From Amoebophrya sp. A120 (lineage: Eukaryota; Protista; Dinoflagellata): a DNA stretch of 64,000 nucleotides. Shown piece after piece: positions 42,001 to 54,158 of the stretch (position 1 is the stretch's first letter; each line of letters starts with the position of its first letter). Under the pieces are notes generated by a model that was given only the letters and a program-made list of their open reading frames with translations, did no database searches and was not told where the DNA came from. The position numbers and the translations under genes were made by a program. Location of the stretch: positions 3,947,555 through 4,011,554 of the forward strand of contig CAJINV010000004.1 of assembly GCA_905178155.1 (NCBI GenBank). The letters run 5' to 3'.

Positions 42001-42897
42001 AAGAGCACGCTGATTAACATCACCGTTGATGCGATAATGCTGCTCTTCAAAAACGCGCCGCCCTCTGTATATCCATATGAGAAGGTCCGCGCGTTCTGGA
42101 GTTTGTGTAGCCACTATGACGGCTTGGTGAGTGGGGAGTTTCGACGCGCACTGATGCGGGCCTGGGGCGGCCTGCAGATTTTTGAGACCAGGCTGACATC
42201 CATGCAGATTTTTGAGCGCTTAACGGGTGAGGTGAGCAATTCTCTGGATGCGCTCAGTCAACTCGAGGATCTCAGTCGACATCCTTTGGACTTGGACGAC
42301 GTGGAGAACATGGGCGATGACCATCTAGAAAAATTGGCGTCGGCAAGCCAGCGATTGAGAACCCTTGCCAAATCCCACCACGCGGCGGCAGCAAGCAAGC
42401 TAGAGGATATAAAAGCTTTGGCGTCGGGCCTCGATGTTGCCGGGGGCGGCCCGCCGGTCCGCTTTTTTGAATACGATGTGCTTTCGACGGCTTCCCGCGC
42501 AGGTTGGGCGCCAAACGATGTCGACGAGTTCGCGGACCAGTACAAGAACAACCGCAGTGTCCAAAGTAGTACAGGTGTAGTACGCATAAGGGTCGTGCCC
42601 CAGCAGCAGAGTCCTGTGGAAGCAGGGAAGTCTAAGCTCGAGCATTTTGTGCTCGAGCCGCTGAGGAGCGATCTGGCTGAGAAGATGGAGAGAATCAACG
42701 AGAATGCGCGCCGCGCGATAAGGAGAATCAACATGGCTAAGGCCGCGGGGCAGATGCGGCTGACGCGCCCCGCGGCCACTTCGAGGCGTAAGCCTTGTAA
42801 GTTGACATGCGCATGTAGAGTTCTACTCTACTGCGATCGTCTTTCGAAGATTTTATGTAAGACCAGACGAGCAATGCCTGCCCCGAAGCAGAGCTGA
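39036..42897 (+). CDS. hypothetical protein interrupted by a 1570-bp duplication/insertion
   Basis: Exons 39036-39653, 41538-41684 and 41947-42897 join in frame. The intervening region holds duplicated and foreign exon sequence, so the locus may be disrupted or misassembled. Confidence 0.5.
39654..39962. mobile_element. introner, family A (copy 1)
   Basis: A-type TIR; DR ACAAC/AGAAC. Confidence 0.85.
40008..40880 (+). repeat. ectopic copy of 59708-60313 (most of a family D introner plus exon) carrying one extra introner
   Basis: Direct alignment by eye; 8 substitutions seen in the exon, all synonymous. Confidence 0.88.
40290..40552. mobile_element. introner, family A, absent from the paralogous site
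   Basis: A-type TIR; DR CGCGG; single CGCGG at 59986-59990. Confidence 0.92.
41224..41532. mobile_element. introner, family A (copy 2)
   Basis: Identical by eye to 39654-39962. Confidence 0.85.
41685..41941. mobile_element. introner, family A, absent from the paralogous site
   Basis: A-type TIR; DR TCTTT; single TCTTT at 41063-41067. Confidence 0.88.
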
Positions 42898-45056
42898 TGT
42901 CTGTCTTATGGTAGCACAACGGATTTTTACACAGTACAACAAGTCGTCGAACGTGATGTATGTTTGCGGCAACAGATGACACCCGAGCACTCTACTGATA
43001 AAGTAAGTATAAGCAGTAGTCGAGCTGCACCATGATCATGATGTTTATCAAAATGCGGCAACTACAGAAATCCGAACGCCTTTATACTTTTTCGGAATAT
43101 GATTCGATAAATTAACAGATATACATGTGTTCTATTCCTCTTCGCCAGCATTTTCAATCGGTGTTAGTATCGTTTTCTTCAGCTAAAGCTAGTCTTACCG
43201 TCTTCTGTCTGAGAGAACATATATTTTTATTTTTGCATAAAAAATTCGTCTTCTTCTGTCTTCTGAGAGTCCAGAAACCTTTATTTTTGCATGACAGAAT
43301 GTTGAGCGATACTTTAATTCTCGAGAGGGTTTCATTCTTTCCTGCCGTTGAACATCTCTCTCTGCTGCTTCATGAAAGATTTTACATTTCTACTTCTATT
43401 TCTAATGACAAATTTTGCATGACAAACTCAAAAGCACGGCACTCTCCTGGGGAACAACTTTTAGAAAGCTAAACTTTTTTGAAAAATGCATCTATTCCTC
43501 CATCTCATAAATCCACGAATACGTAAATTGTTAGAACAGGCGCCAACTATGCATTATCTGTTCATACCAAGATCTACATGAGAGAAAAAAGTAAGTGAGA
43601 GTTGAGAGCAGCGCTGCGCCGTCACTTCGCACTCACCGGCTTCCATCTTGCGGAGTTACAAATGGCTGGAGCCGCGGATCATGATCGGTCTGCTCCCCGT
43701 AGGCAAACGGGGGGTAGGTTTAGGCCGGCGCTTAATGCATTGGTGAAGACGTTCATCACCAGCAGACCACCAGAACGCAAAAAATGAAACGCTCTGCTCA
43801 TCCCTTTCCTCCTCTTCCTTCATTTCTGTCATGCTTATTTTCCTTTCTGCACACAGATGCCCTCTATTGCTTTCGCCCTTGAACAATGTTTCCATTTCCA
43901 GATTTGAACCCATGAGTGCAAGTTCCACACTATAATATCTATTTTTCAAAACAGGACAAAGCTTTCTTAGCGTAGTGCTTTTTATTTTTTAGTTTTATGT
44001 TGTTTACTTCAAATGCTATTATTGTTGTAACTCTATATTTATACTTTTTCGGAAGTATAACTAGTTTGCGAGCATGATGCTGAAGTAGAACTAAATCAGT
44101 TGTTTTTTGAGGGATCTATTACATCACTTTTTTACACTGTTAGTGTTATGGGTTGGCTTTTGAACCAACGATAGCGCGCTGCATTTTTCATTTTCTGGAT
44201 TCCCTGCGGGCCATCGTCTTCGCCTTTCGTCAATGTTGACTCTGAAGATGCCGCCCTTCATCGCAAAAGAAGTACGCCGAAGAAGGTCTTCTTTGTAAGC
44301 TCGGCCACCCGGGGCCGGCGCCCGTCGCAGGATTATAAATTTAGAGCGTAAGTGCGCAGTTGCATCATAATCGTTCTGAAGCAAAAACTACTACAACTAG
44401 TCCGAACAGAGCCAGTAAGCTGAGGGTTTTAGCAACAGGCCGAATTATGTAAGCCCTCGTTTTTGTAGTTGGTGTTAGAGAATTATGACTATGTTCCTCA
44501 TAACTCTTTCCACACTAGCTTTTTTGAAAGAGCTCTCTCTCACACTGAAAGGATTTTGAGAAGTCCCTTGGACTCCAAGAAACATCGGAAATCGGTGCTC
44601 GAGCTAGCTCACCAATTTACTGACTAGTACCCATGATGTGCTAGTTCATCAGACAGAAGTAACTTGCTTGGATGGTCAATGTTGACCACAAAAAGATATC
44701 ACAAGCTGGAACGCGAGCAGGAGGAGCTCGACGCTGTGGAGATATTTTAGAAAGTGTAGGTGAGACCAGAATGTAAGTCTGACCCGTATCGATCCGCAAC
44801 ATGTGTCCAAAGCGATTTGCTCGAGCAAGAGGAGCACGAGGCTGTCTTGCTAGGAAGAACCACGTTAGGGAGGGTTGTGAGGGATCAAAGATTCGTGCGG
44901 ACATGTTTGCTTCGGAGATGAGATCATGAGGTAACACTGAGAGAGGAAAGAATTGAGCCCAAACGACCCCTACTATAACAAGAAGATATGAAGCGGCAAA
45001 GGAAGGCGTCCCTTTGGATTCTGACGATCGACACGGCCCGGCAAAGCGCGCGGCAT

Positions 45057-45700
45057 ATCTCCCTGAATATTCGGCGTCTCCCCCTGGATATTCGAGAATA
45101 TTCTCCCTGAATATTCGAGAATATTCGCCCTGAATATTCGGCATTTCCCCTTGAATATTCGAGAGCATTCTCCCTGAATATTCGAGAACATTCGCCCTGA
45201 ATATTCGGCATTCCCCCTTGAATACTCGAGAATATTCTCCCTGAATATTCGGCGCCTCCCCTTGAATATTCGCGAATATGCTCCCCGAATATTCGGGAAT
45301 ATTCCCCCTGAATATTCGGCATTTCCCCTTGAATATTCGAGAATATTCTCCCTGAATATTCGAGAATATTCTCCCTGAATATTCGGCCTTTCCCCTTGAA
45401 TATTCGAGAGCATTCTCCCTGAATGTTCGGCGTTTCCCCTTGAATATTCGAGAATATTCCCCCTGAATATTCGGGAATCTTCTCCCTGAATATTCGGCAT
45501 TTCCCCTGGAATATTCGCGAATATTCTCCCTGAATATTCGAGAATATTCTCCCTGAATATTCGGCGCTTCCCCTTGAATATTCGAGAATATTCTCCCTGA
45601 ATATTCGGCGTCTCCCCTTGAATATTCGAGAATATTCCCCCTGAATGTTCGAGAATATTCTCCCTGAATATTCGGCATTTCCCCTTGAATATTCGGCGTT
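45057..45700. repeat. minisatellite of about 23-bp units (CCCTGAATATTCGAGAATATTCT / CCCTGAATATTCGGCRTTTCCCC variants)
   Basis: Tandem array visible directly; it produces the spurious periodic ORFs. Confidence 0.92.
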
Positions 45701-46479
45701 TCAGCCGGCCAGGCGCTGGCAAAATTTTCCCGGGAATCCCCCGGGTTTTTTCCGTAAATTTTTTTTTTGGCCTCTGCATCTCTGCCGCGCTTTTCGGCGC
45801 CGCCGGCGGTCTCCTAGCGACCGCGGGGTCCTGCTATTCCGAGAGGGCCAGGCAATGAATCGGTTTGGCGGCCCGCGGTTGTGTTTTGCAGAGTTCTGCG
45901 CGCCCGTCAGTCGCGAGGACCTCTGCTCCGGCCGCCAGGTTGGCGCCCGTATTCCCATTCCGTCCATTCCCCGGAAATTCCCCGTATTTGGCCCCGGGAA
46001 CACCCATTTTGGGACCCCGTAAATCAGCCCGTAAACTCCACGTAAATTCCCCGTAAATTCCACGTAAATCTCTGTCAAATGATTTCAAAGGGAAATCACT
46101 GTACAGAAATTTACAGGGAATTTACGGGGTCGATTTACAGGGAATTTACGGAGGGCGATTTGTTGTTTTCGTCGGTGAAAGCCGAGGTTGGTTTGGGGGT
46201 TTACGGGGAATTTACGGGGGGGCTTTACGGGGAATTTACATGGAATTTACAGGGAATTTACGGGGAATCCGGGTGGGAAAGCGCGGCGTCTCCGTGGCTC
46301 GTTTTCGGGGGAGCCGCGACCGGGCGTTCTGGCCGCGGGGGCAGAGGCGTCGTGGCGCCATTCCTTTGTCGGACTCCGGCCGCCTCTTCCGGCGCCGCAG
46401 ACCGGCCAATCCAAAAAAAAAATTACGGAAAAAACCCGGCGGGTATACGGAAAAAGTTTGCCAGGCCCCGGCCGGCTGA
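45701..46479. mobile_element. foldback-like TIR element inserted in the minisatellite
   Basis: TCAGCCGGCC..TGGCAAAA..GGGTTTTTTCCGTAA / TTACGGAAAAAACCC..TTTGCCAGG..GGCCGGCTGA; flanking GGCGTT; central inverted CCCGTAAAT/ATTTACGGG arrays. Confidence 0.75.
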
Positions 46480-46830
46480 GGCGTTTCCCGTTGAATGTTC
46501 GAGAATATTCTCCCTGAATATTCGAGAACATTCTCCCCGAATGTTCGGCGTTTCCCCTTGAATATTCGAGAATATTCTCCCTGAATATTCGATCGAGAAT
46601 ACTCTCCCTGAATATTCGGCATTTCCCCTTGAATATTCGAGAATGCCCCCCCTGAATATTCGGCGCTCCCCCTTGAATATTCGAGAATATTCTCCCTGAA
46701 TATTCGAGAATATTCTCCCTGAATATTCGGCGCCTCCCCTTGAATATTCGAGAATATTCTCCCTGAATATTCGGCGCTCCCCCTCCGATGTTCGAGAATG
46801 TTCCCCCTAAATATTCGCGAACGTTCTCGA
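46480..46830. repeat. continuation of the GAATATTC minisatellite
   Basis: Same units and orientation as 45057-45700. Confidence 0.9.
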
Positions 46831-47231
46831 TTGTTCGCCTTCCTTTTGCTCTTCGTTTCGCGAATATATAGTAGGGGTCGTTTGGGTTCAAAAAGAAGAA
46901 GAACTCTCTCAATATCGCGTCTATGTCTCCAATCTCTGTTACTTCGGTGTGGTCGTCTCGTCGTGAGAAAAACTATAATTTTTCCTTAAACACCGAACAC
47001 GTTTGATCAATTCGCTCTTGATGTGGTCCCTTAAGATCCACATATTAGGATGTACGCGTATATAACACACCGACAACCAAGAAGAAAGTCAAAAGATAAG
47101 ATAAGAATACTTACTTTGATAAAGTAGCTGCGCAGATTTCGATTGGTTGAGTTATCCGCACAACCACGAAGCACCGTGCAGAGTGAGTAGTTCTCTTGTG
47201 ACGTAAAAAAAAGAAAAATATATATACGAGT

Positions 47232-49130
47232 ATGCCACTGCATCTGTGTGGTTCCGGTTATGAGTGCGTTTCGCACGTGAAGGCGTTCGGCCTGGGCCAT
47301 TCGGCCGACGTGGCTGCGAGCCGCGTCAAGTTCTGGCAGGAGAAGATGGGCTCCTCTATGACCGGAGCCAAGGTCGTCGCGGGTGGATCATCTTCCGGAA
47401 CGGGGGCAGCTACTAATGGAGCACTGTCAACATCTACATCATCCAGTCCACCATCCATTGCAACAGCGCAGGAATCCGAGTTTCACAGCTACACGAAGCT
47501 TGCGAAAGCGCTGCAGAAGCCGGAGTCCGACCTGATTCCGCGCGTGGACGTAAATTCCGCGATATCAACTGTAAAAATGTCTGGGTCTGGAAGGTTTCAA
47601 CTTGTGATGCTATCTTCGGATCCTGAAAATATTTGTATTGCATGACCAGGAAGAGGAGCTCATTTTGTGCTACGCGGGAAGGGCATTTGTCATGCGGGAT
47701 AGGCATCAGGATGCCCTCCAAAAGTCTGTGATGCTAGGCAATGCTTTACAAGCATCATGGGTCATCCAAAATATGCATGACAAACCTGGCAACCCCCGGG
47801 GGAGAAGCCGGGTAACCAAGGTCCTGATCTCTCTCCCCTTATCGTCGGGGGCTTGCCCGAGAGATTGAAAGAGTGTGCACTATGGTTGGCATCGTGCGTG
47901 GTTTGTGCCTCTCTGGAATCTTACCGCCCTAGAGGTTTGGTTCCGACCCTCTCCAAAGGGTCTTTTTGTATAGTTTGCATTGGAAAAAGAATTTTGGGAA
48001 TTTTGCCATGAAAGGCACTTATAGTGCCCTCCCAATTTTCTCTTTCAAAGACGACTGCATCCGTATCCCGCCCACCCTTGTGTCCCCTCCCCCATGGGGT
48101 TGGTTCGTCGTCTTTGTTGTTGCACCCTGCGTGGTCTCTTTGTCGTCGCGTCTTGGTTGGCTGTCTGTGTGCCATGGCGTCCTCCACACCACTATTGGTG
48201 TTTTTAGGCCTATGCCTTCTTTGCCCATCGCGGATTGTTTAACCTCTTCCCGACTTCAATGCATTGCCTCCGGCCTATTGCCTCCGGCCTATTGCCTCCG
48301 GCCTATTGCCTCCGGCCTATTGCCTCCGGCCTATTGCCTCCGGCCTATTGCCTCCGGCCTATTGCCTCCGGCCTATTGCCTCCGGCCTATTGCCTCCGGC
48401 TCTACCCTTCCCCTCTTCCAGAGTTGTGGAAACCCCGGGAGTGTTTTGCCGGTTCCTGTTGGTGTGGTGTGCTTTCTGTTGTTGGCCCAGCGTAGGGGTG
48501 GCGCTATCGCTATATCCCCGCCGACGTCTTCTGTATCAGTTGGTGTCAAGTTGTTCGGCGGTGTCGGTCTCGTAAACTTCGAGCAACCCACGGGCGGTTC
48601 TTTCGGATCAAGATCAAAACTCGGTTGGTTTCGATCAAAATGCGCTGCCTCGGTCATGGTCAAATCTCAGATCATTGCACGGCGCTCGGGTCAATATTCG
48701 GTTGGTATCGGTGGGTTTCGTTTTTTCTTCCAGTTGCTCGACCCCATCGGTTTGCCCTAAGGCAGTTGGGATTAGCCCGGGCCTCCTCCTCTCTGTCGGT
48801 CTGCAAAGCTCTACCACCCCCTTGTCGGATGTGTAGGTCACGCACTCCCCGGCAAGGCTTCGGTCCCCGCCCCTATCCGGTAACCTTAAGTGGTCCTCCG
48901 GTCCAAAGGGAACATAGCTACCATCCTCCTTGTGATCCTTTTGTTTAGGTATCTTGGCTTTCTCCCTTTAGTGTTGTGCAGGGAGTGTCTTGTTTTGTGC
49001 TTCCCTCTCAGTGATCACTCGGGGGCGCTGGTCTCCTCGTGCCTCTGGCCGAAACGCTATACCACCTTGCTTACATCCATGGCCACCCGACTGATGTAAC
49101 ACGTAGGTGAGGTCTTCCCATAAGACTAAC

Positions 49131-49164
<34 letters not shown>

Positions 49165-51430
49165 ACCTGGCAACCTTCCAGACCCAGACACTTTTGCATT
49201 TGATACGCGACCCCGATCTACGAAGTTGGGTGCCCGTTCCGGGGAAAGTCCCTCGGGTTTGGCAGTATGTCCGGGGGCCCGGCGGCCTGTTACCCTAACG
49301 ACAGCTCCACGGCGGCGCTGGACGCAAGCAACAAGTGCAGCTGGTGCCACGGCTGGAGTGCGGAGGGCTACGAGGATGCCATCTGCAAGAATGACGAAAA
49401 CGACGTGAACGGGCTGAAGCCTTGCATGTGTGTGCTCAAAGCCTCGCCCGGGATGGTGAGTTTATCTTTATCAATTTGCTGACAAATAACTTCATTTATT
49501 TGTATAAATGTTTCGTGGTCCTTGACCTACTTAGTGCTGGTCTCATCTCTGTTGAAACATTGAAAACTGAAAGAGACTCGTCTAGTTGTACTAGTAAGCG
49601 CGCCTGCTATAACGACGTCGACATCGAGTCAACCATTCCTACCTGAGCATGCAGACAAAAGCACATAATTTACGAAGAATTTTCTATATGGTTTTGTTGA
49701 AACTACAGGAGCGCCGCACCGTGGATCTTTCCGACATGCAGCTCGCGCAACCCTCGGACGCGTCTGCCTATCTCGCGTACCACAAGCTGAAACCGTTTGA
49801 AGGGTCCTCATCTGGGGGAACAACAGCATCGTCCGAGGAAGGAGTGCCGCTCGTGGAGCAGCAGACCGAGGACGACCACGCCGACGACAAGGGCTTGATC
49901 GTCATTCCCCACTACTACATGCCGCGGCAGGGCCCCGACATGTTTGCGCAGAACCCCAAGGTGCCCGCGTTTTCCGAAGACCAGAAACACAGCGACTTTC
50001 TCTGGGGCAGCCTGTGGTCGGGGAGCGGGGGAAATAACTCGGGCGACAGTTACAAGGAAGACATTGCGCGGGACCTAGGAACCCTAGAGAGCGACCTGAA
50101 CATGGCAATGACCAAGTACGACAAAATCAAGCACGGCACCGCGGTAAACGGGGACCCCGCGACGGAGAACATCTGTCCGCCCGGCGTGACCACGCAGGAA
50201 ATGCTGGAAAACGCGCGGATGGTGGGGCAGTACGAGCACTGGAAGGAGCGGTGCGAGAAAATGGAGAAGGCGCACTGGGCGATGCAAAACCCGCACATGA
50301 CCAAGTCCGAGTGGCAGAGTACTTTCCGCAACGCGCCGAAGTGCGACTTCGAGATGATCTCTTTATCGGACTACACGCGGTTCCGCCACGTGATGCAGCA
50401 CTGCCTGGTGAACGTGCGGTCCAAGGTGGAAAAGGATCTGGCGCTGATGCAGCCGGTCTTTTCGGTACCGAAAACGGTGGCCAAAGCGGTGCAGAAGGCG
50501 GACGGGGGCGCGGTGCACCCGGTCTCGGAGGAGGATGCAGAAAACGCAAAGGAGGCGGAAACGGAACAGGAGGAAAGCACAGAAAAAACTGTATCCTGTG
50601 TAAAAACGTCCCCACCCCAGAGTCTGTCATCAAGATGGGAACTCTACAACACAGATCCAGATGTTTTGGGAGTCACGCATGACAAGTTTTTCTCTGTACT
50701 CTTACGCGGGTTAGCAAGGACAACCGCATCGCAAAGCCATCCTGGTATCCTGTTTACAGCACCACAAATTGCATAACACGATTGAGAAGGCCTCTGATGG
50801 GGACGCGCATTACAAGTTTTCCTGTGATTGTAATTCTGCATGACAACTCCGGGCGGGTGGGGACGTTTTTACACAGGATAAACTGCGGAGGTCTCGTCGA
50901 AGGAAGGCGACGCGGAAACAAAGGCGGAGGAGGACAGTGAGAAAGCCACGGCCGACGCAAAGGCAAAAGCGGCTGAGAAAGAGGATTCCACTGGAGCAGC
51001 GGCTGGTGCGGCGGGGGAAGAGGAGAGCAAATCTGCTCAAGACAAGGACGACGCCGAAGAGGAACAGGAGGGGAAAGAAGCCTCGGAAAGTGCGAAAAAA
51101 GAAGCCGAAGCCGCGAAAGCGGACGACAAAAGCGAGGAAGAAAAAGAAGAAGAAGCAGGAGGTGCAACAGCGGACGACAAGGGCGAGGCCAGTGAAACAA
51201 CTCCAGATGTTGAGAAACCGAAGGAAGCGTCGGTTCTCGGGAGTGTTACCGGGACCAGCTATGGCCTTGTGGCCGCGCAGATGTTCCTGGCTGCAGTCAG
51301 GTCCTCCACCTCGCGGTCTACGTGCACGGAAGACAATTTTGAACAAGCAGAGAATGACCTCCAGAAGTTCTGCGACAGGGTCAGCAAACGCGGCACTTCG
51401 CGGCCTCTATCAATTGCGGTTTTTTTGTAA
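47232..51430 (+). CDS. hypothetical protein with a Cys-rich segment and acidic C-terminal region (start uncertain)
   Basis: Exons approx 47232-47562, 49211-49455, 49709-50591, 50886-51430. One GT-AG intron (49456-49708) and two introners. Confidence 0.6.
47795..49160 (+). mobile_element. non-LTR retroelement-like insertion (truncated LINE or SINE-like)
   Basis: 15-bp duplication ACAAACCTGGCAACC (47780-47794, 49161-49175) and 3' (ACA)10 tail; no reverse transcriptase motif recognised. Confidence 0.72.
48263..48400. repeat. 14-bp tandem repeat ATTGCCTCCGGCCT, about 10 copies
   Basis: Perfect tandem array. Confidence 0.95.
50592..50880. mobile_element. introner, family C
   Basis: TATCCTGTGTAAAAACGTCCCCACCC perfect TIR; DR AACTG. 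Confidence 0.92.
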
Positions 51431-52429
51431 GATCTACTGCAAGTAGGCCGTCTTCCTTTGATGCACGGGCTGCATTTGCTAACAACTAAAGAAAAAGATG
51501 AATTGATGAAGCAGAAGCCCTTGTGTACAATGCGAACGTACTTGACAAGTGAACGAACCGAAAAATCGAACCGGCGTTTCGACTGATTTTGGAATGAGTC
51601 TCGCTTCACAAACCCAAAATTTTCAAGTTCTTGTTTTTGCAGGGATGCGGGTCTAGTACGCCGTGTCCGCCCGTTTTACGATAGGATTTAGGAAAACAAC
51701 GACACATAATATGTTGAAATGCCTTCATTCCAATTCCTCTTGGGCTCGACGAGATGATCGTCGAGGAGGTGCCACAGGAAAGATGCGCTCGCACTTGTCC
51801 TTTGTGCTTGTTCGCTTCTCTTCTTGAAGGTGAATGTCAAAGTCTTTCTCTTTCGTTTAAGGACCTAATGAGCCCGATCTCGTGAAATTGTTTCAAAGAA
51901 TCTTGATGCAGTTCAAGTTCATGAGGAATCCACTTCGTGCAAGCAGCTGGTGATGCCAATGAATCGTGAAGTTCGTTCCGTATTCGTATTCGTTCCTGTT
52001 TTCGTCCATTTCATTTTCTTTCACTTCTCTCGTGCATTGATGTGATCCTCGTGCGATTGTTTGATTGTGTGCATCTACACGACGCGTTGAACATGATAGA
52101 ACTTCACTTTTTTATATCCCAAGCATACTTTATCCACAAATACATCGTTACCAGAGGTTTTCATAGTCCCGTTCTTTCAAACCTAGTTCTGGAGACCGCT
52201 TCTTGCTTTTCGTAGCCCGAGTTGATATTTTCCAGCTCTGCAAGAAAGTAAGAAGCAAGTAATCTCTAATTATCGCTCGAATTGATGACAACTGTGGAGC
52301 GAGGAGTTGGCGGGAATACCCTTCTGCGCGCAACTCGTTTCCGATAGGTTTGTCCACATTTACTTTCATCCTTTTTGTCTTACACGAAAAACATTATTCC
52401 ATGACTTGGAACCTCTACCACAAAATGAC

Positions 52430-53530
52430 ATCGGAAACTCCCCTCGTTCGGGAACGAGGCGCGCAATACCCGGATTTTTTCAAAAAGTGAGAACGCAGCG
52501 AGTTTTCGTGTGGGCTCTCGTTCCGGAACGAGAAACGAAGTGAGAACTCACTGAATTGCCACTCCAGGACTTTTTAAAAAGTGAGAACGCAGTGAATTCT
52601 TGCGCGGCTTCTCGTTCCGGAGCGAGAAATGGAGTGAGAATTTACTGAATTCTCACTCCAGGACTTTTCAAAAAGTGAGAACTCAATGAGTTCTCACTTG
52701 GTTTTCGTTTCGGAACGAGAAATGGAGTCAGTAGAATTTAGTGAATTCTCAATCCCGGTAAATTCGGGATCCCAAAGTGGGACTTTTCAAAAAGTGAATA
52801 TTCACTGAATTTTCACTCGATTTCTCGTTCCGGAACGAGAAGCCGAGTGAAAATTCAGTGAGTATTCACTTTTTGAAAAAAATAACTTTTGGAGCATGCA
52901 TGTTTCTGGAGAGAGGCTTCGGCTCCCGGGCGGAGTTAAAATTTTCCGAAAGTGAATACTCACTGAATTTTCACTCGATTTCTCGTTCCGGAACGAGAAG
53001 CCGAGTGAAAATTCAGTGAATTTTCACTTTTTCTTTTTGAAAAAAATCACTTTTGGATCACGAATTTTCCGGGAGAGAGACTTGAGCTCCCAGAGTGAAA
53101 ATTTTCAAAAAGTGAAAATTCAGTGAATTTTCACTCGATTCCTCGTTCCAGAACGAGGCCTCGTTCCGGAACGAGGCCTCGTTCCGGAACGAGAAATCGA
53201 GTGAAAATTCAGTGAATTTTCACTTTTTGAAAATTTTCACTCCGGAGGCGAAGTTTTCCCGGAGCGCGAATTCGGGAAGCAGGATTTTTCCAAAAGTGAA
53301 AATTCACTGAATTTTCACTCGATTTCTCGTTCCGGAACGAGAAACCGAGTGAAAATTCAGTGAATATTCACTCCTGGAACAATCTCACTCCGCTATTTCG
53401 AAAAGTGAATTACTAGGCTTCTGGTTCTTCCGGAGCAAGGGCTCGCTGAATTACCACCCCAGAGAAAAGCTATCTCATCCCGGAATCATTCTAGAAGTGG
53501 GATTTTCGTAGAGTGGCAATTCAGTGAGTT
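52430..53530. repeat. array of nested palindromes (CTCGTTCCGGAACGAG; GTGAAAATTCAGTGAATTTTCAC)
   Basis: About 9 degenerate units, each a palindrome centred on TTCCGGAA. Confidence 0.82.
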
Positions 53531-54158
53531 ATGACTACATGAACAAAAAAAAACCGCAAGCGCTGACCTTTTACAGCACACATGGCAGAAATAGGGCGAG
53601 GGCTACCGATTCAAATTGCAGGACGTTCCGTAAGCGTGTTGCTCTGTCGCTAGTAGCGTTTGCTGCATGGCGCGAAAAATTTTTTGCGAGCCTTCTAATT
53701 GCAGCGCGCTATTGCCCGCGCCACATCGCCGATAGGAACGCCCTGCCACACTGCCTGCAAGGTGCCTGTGATGTCGTTCGTAAGCCACGCCCGATTTTTG
53801 TGGTTCGCAACGTCGCCCGATGTTTTGGCTTCAGTATGTTTAAAACGCTCAAAGTTGTAGCATTTGGGCTCTCGTTCCCCAACGAGGGGAGTTTCCGACG
53901 CAAAGGGGGGGGATTTTCCAAGTCATGCATTATTCATATTCTTCAAAACCAAAAGCAAATTCATCTGTGTTGTGTTATTGAAAAGTCAACTACATCATTC
54001 TGATTTTTGTTCTTCAATTTTGCCTTTTCTAACTCTCTTCGAAGTGGTTACAGCTACTATCGAAGGGGCTACCACTACAAGCGCCTATTTGCGAAACCGT
54101 CACGCCTCGTCGACGCAACCAACCCGTCCGCCCCTCGCAGAAGTTCAAGTTGTAGATC

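Larger units (their letters stand above)
44953..46891. mobile_element. non-autonomous TIR element filled with GAATATTC minisatellite
   Basis: TTGAGCCCAAACGACCCCTACTATA / TATAGTAGGGGTCGTTTGGGTTCAA; 6-bp flanking repeat AAAGAA. Confidence 0.75.
47563..49205. mobile_element. introner, family A, enlarged by a nested insertion
   Basis: A-type TIR; DR CGCGA; host frame NSA|TPIY restored. Confidence 0.88.

Noticed and set aside
43120-43500. GCATGACA motifs suggesting a decayed introner
   Set aside because: No paired TIRs or direct repeat could be defined.
45057-46830. CRISPR-like appearance of the satellite (also 52430-53530)
   Set aside because: No unique spacers, no cas genes, eukaryotic context.
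44641-46912. Long minus-strand ORFs with NIQGEYSRIF repeats
   Set aside because: All frames are open because of the 23-bp minisatellite; no evidence of coding.
47966-48760. 264-aa ORF inside the nested insert
   Set aside because: Driven by the 14-bp repeat; no RT or endonuclease motif.
49040-49130. Possible hammerhead ribozyme (CGAAAC ... CTGATG) near the insert's 3' end
   Set aside because: The core reads CTGATGT rather than CTGANGA, and stems could not be established by eye.
50937-51446. Basic 169-aa ORF
   Set aside because: Alternative frame; introner removal puts the gene in the acidic frame ending 51430.
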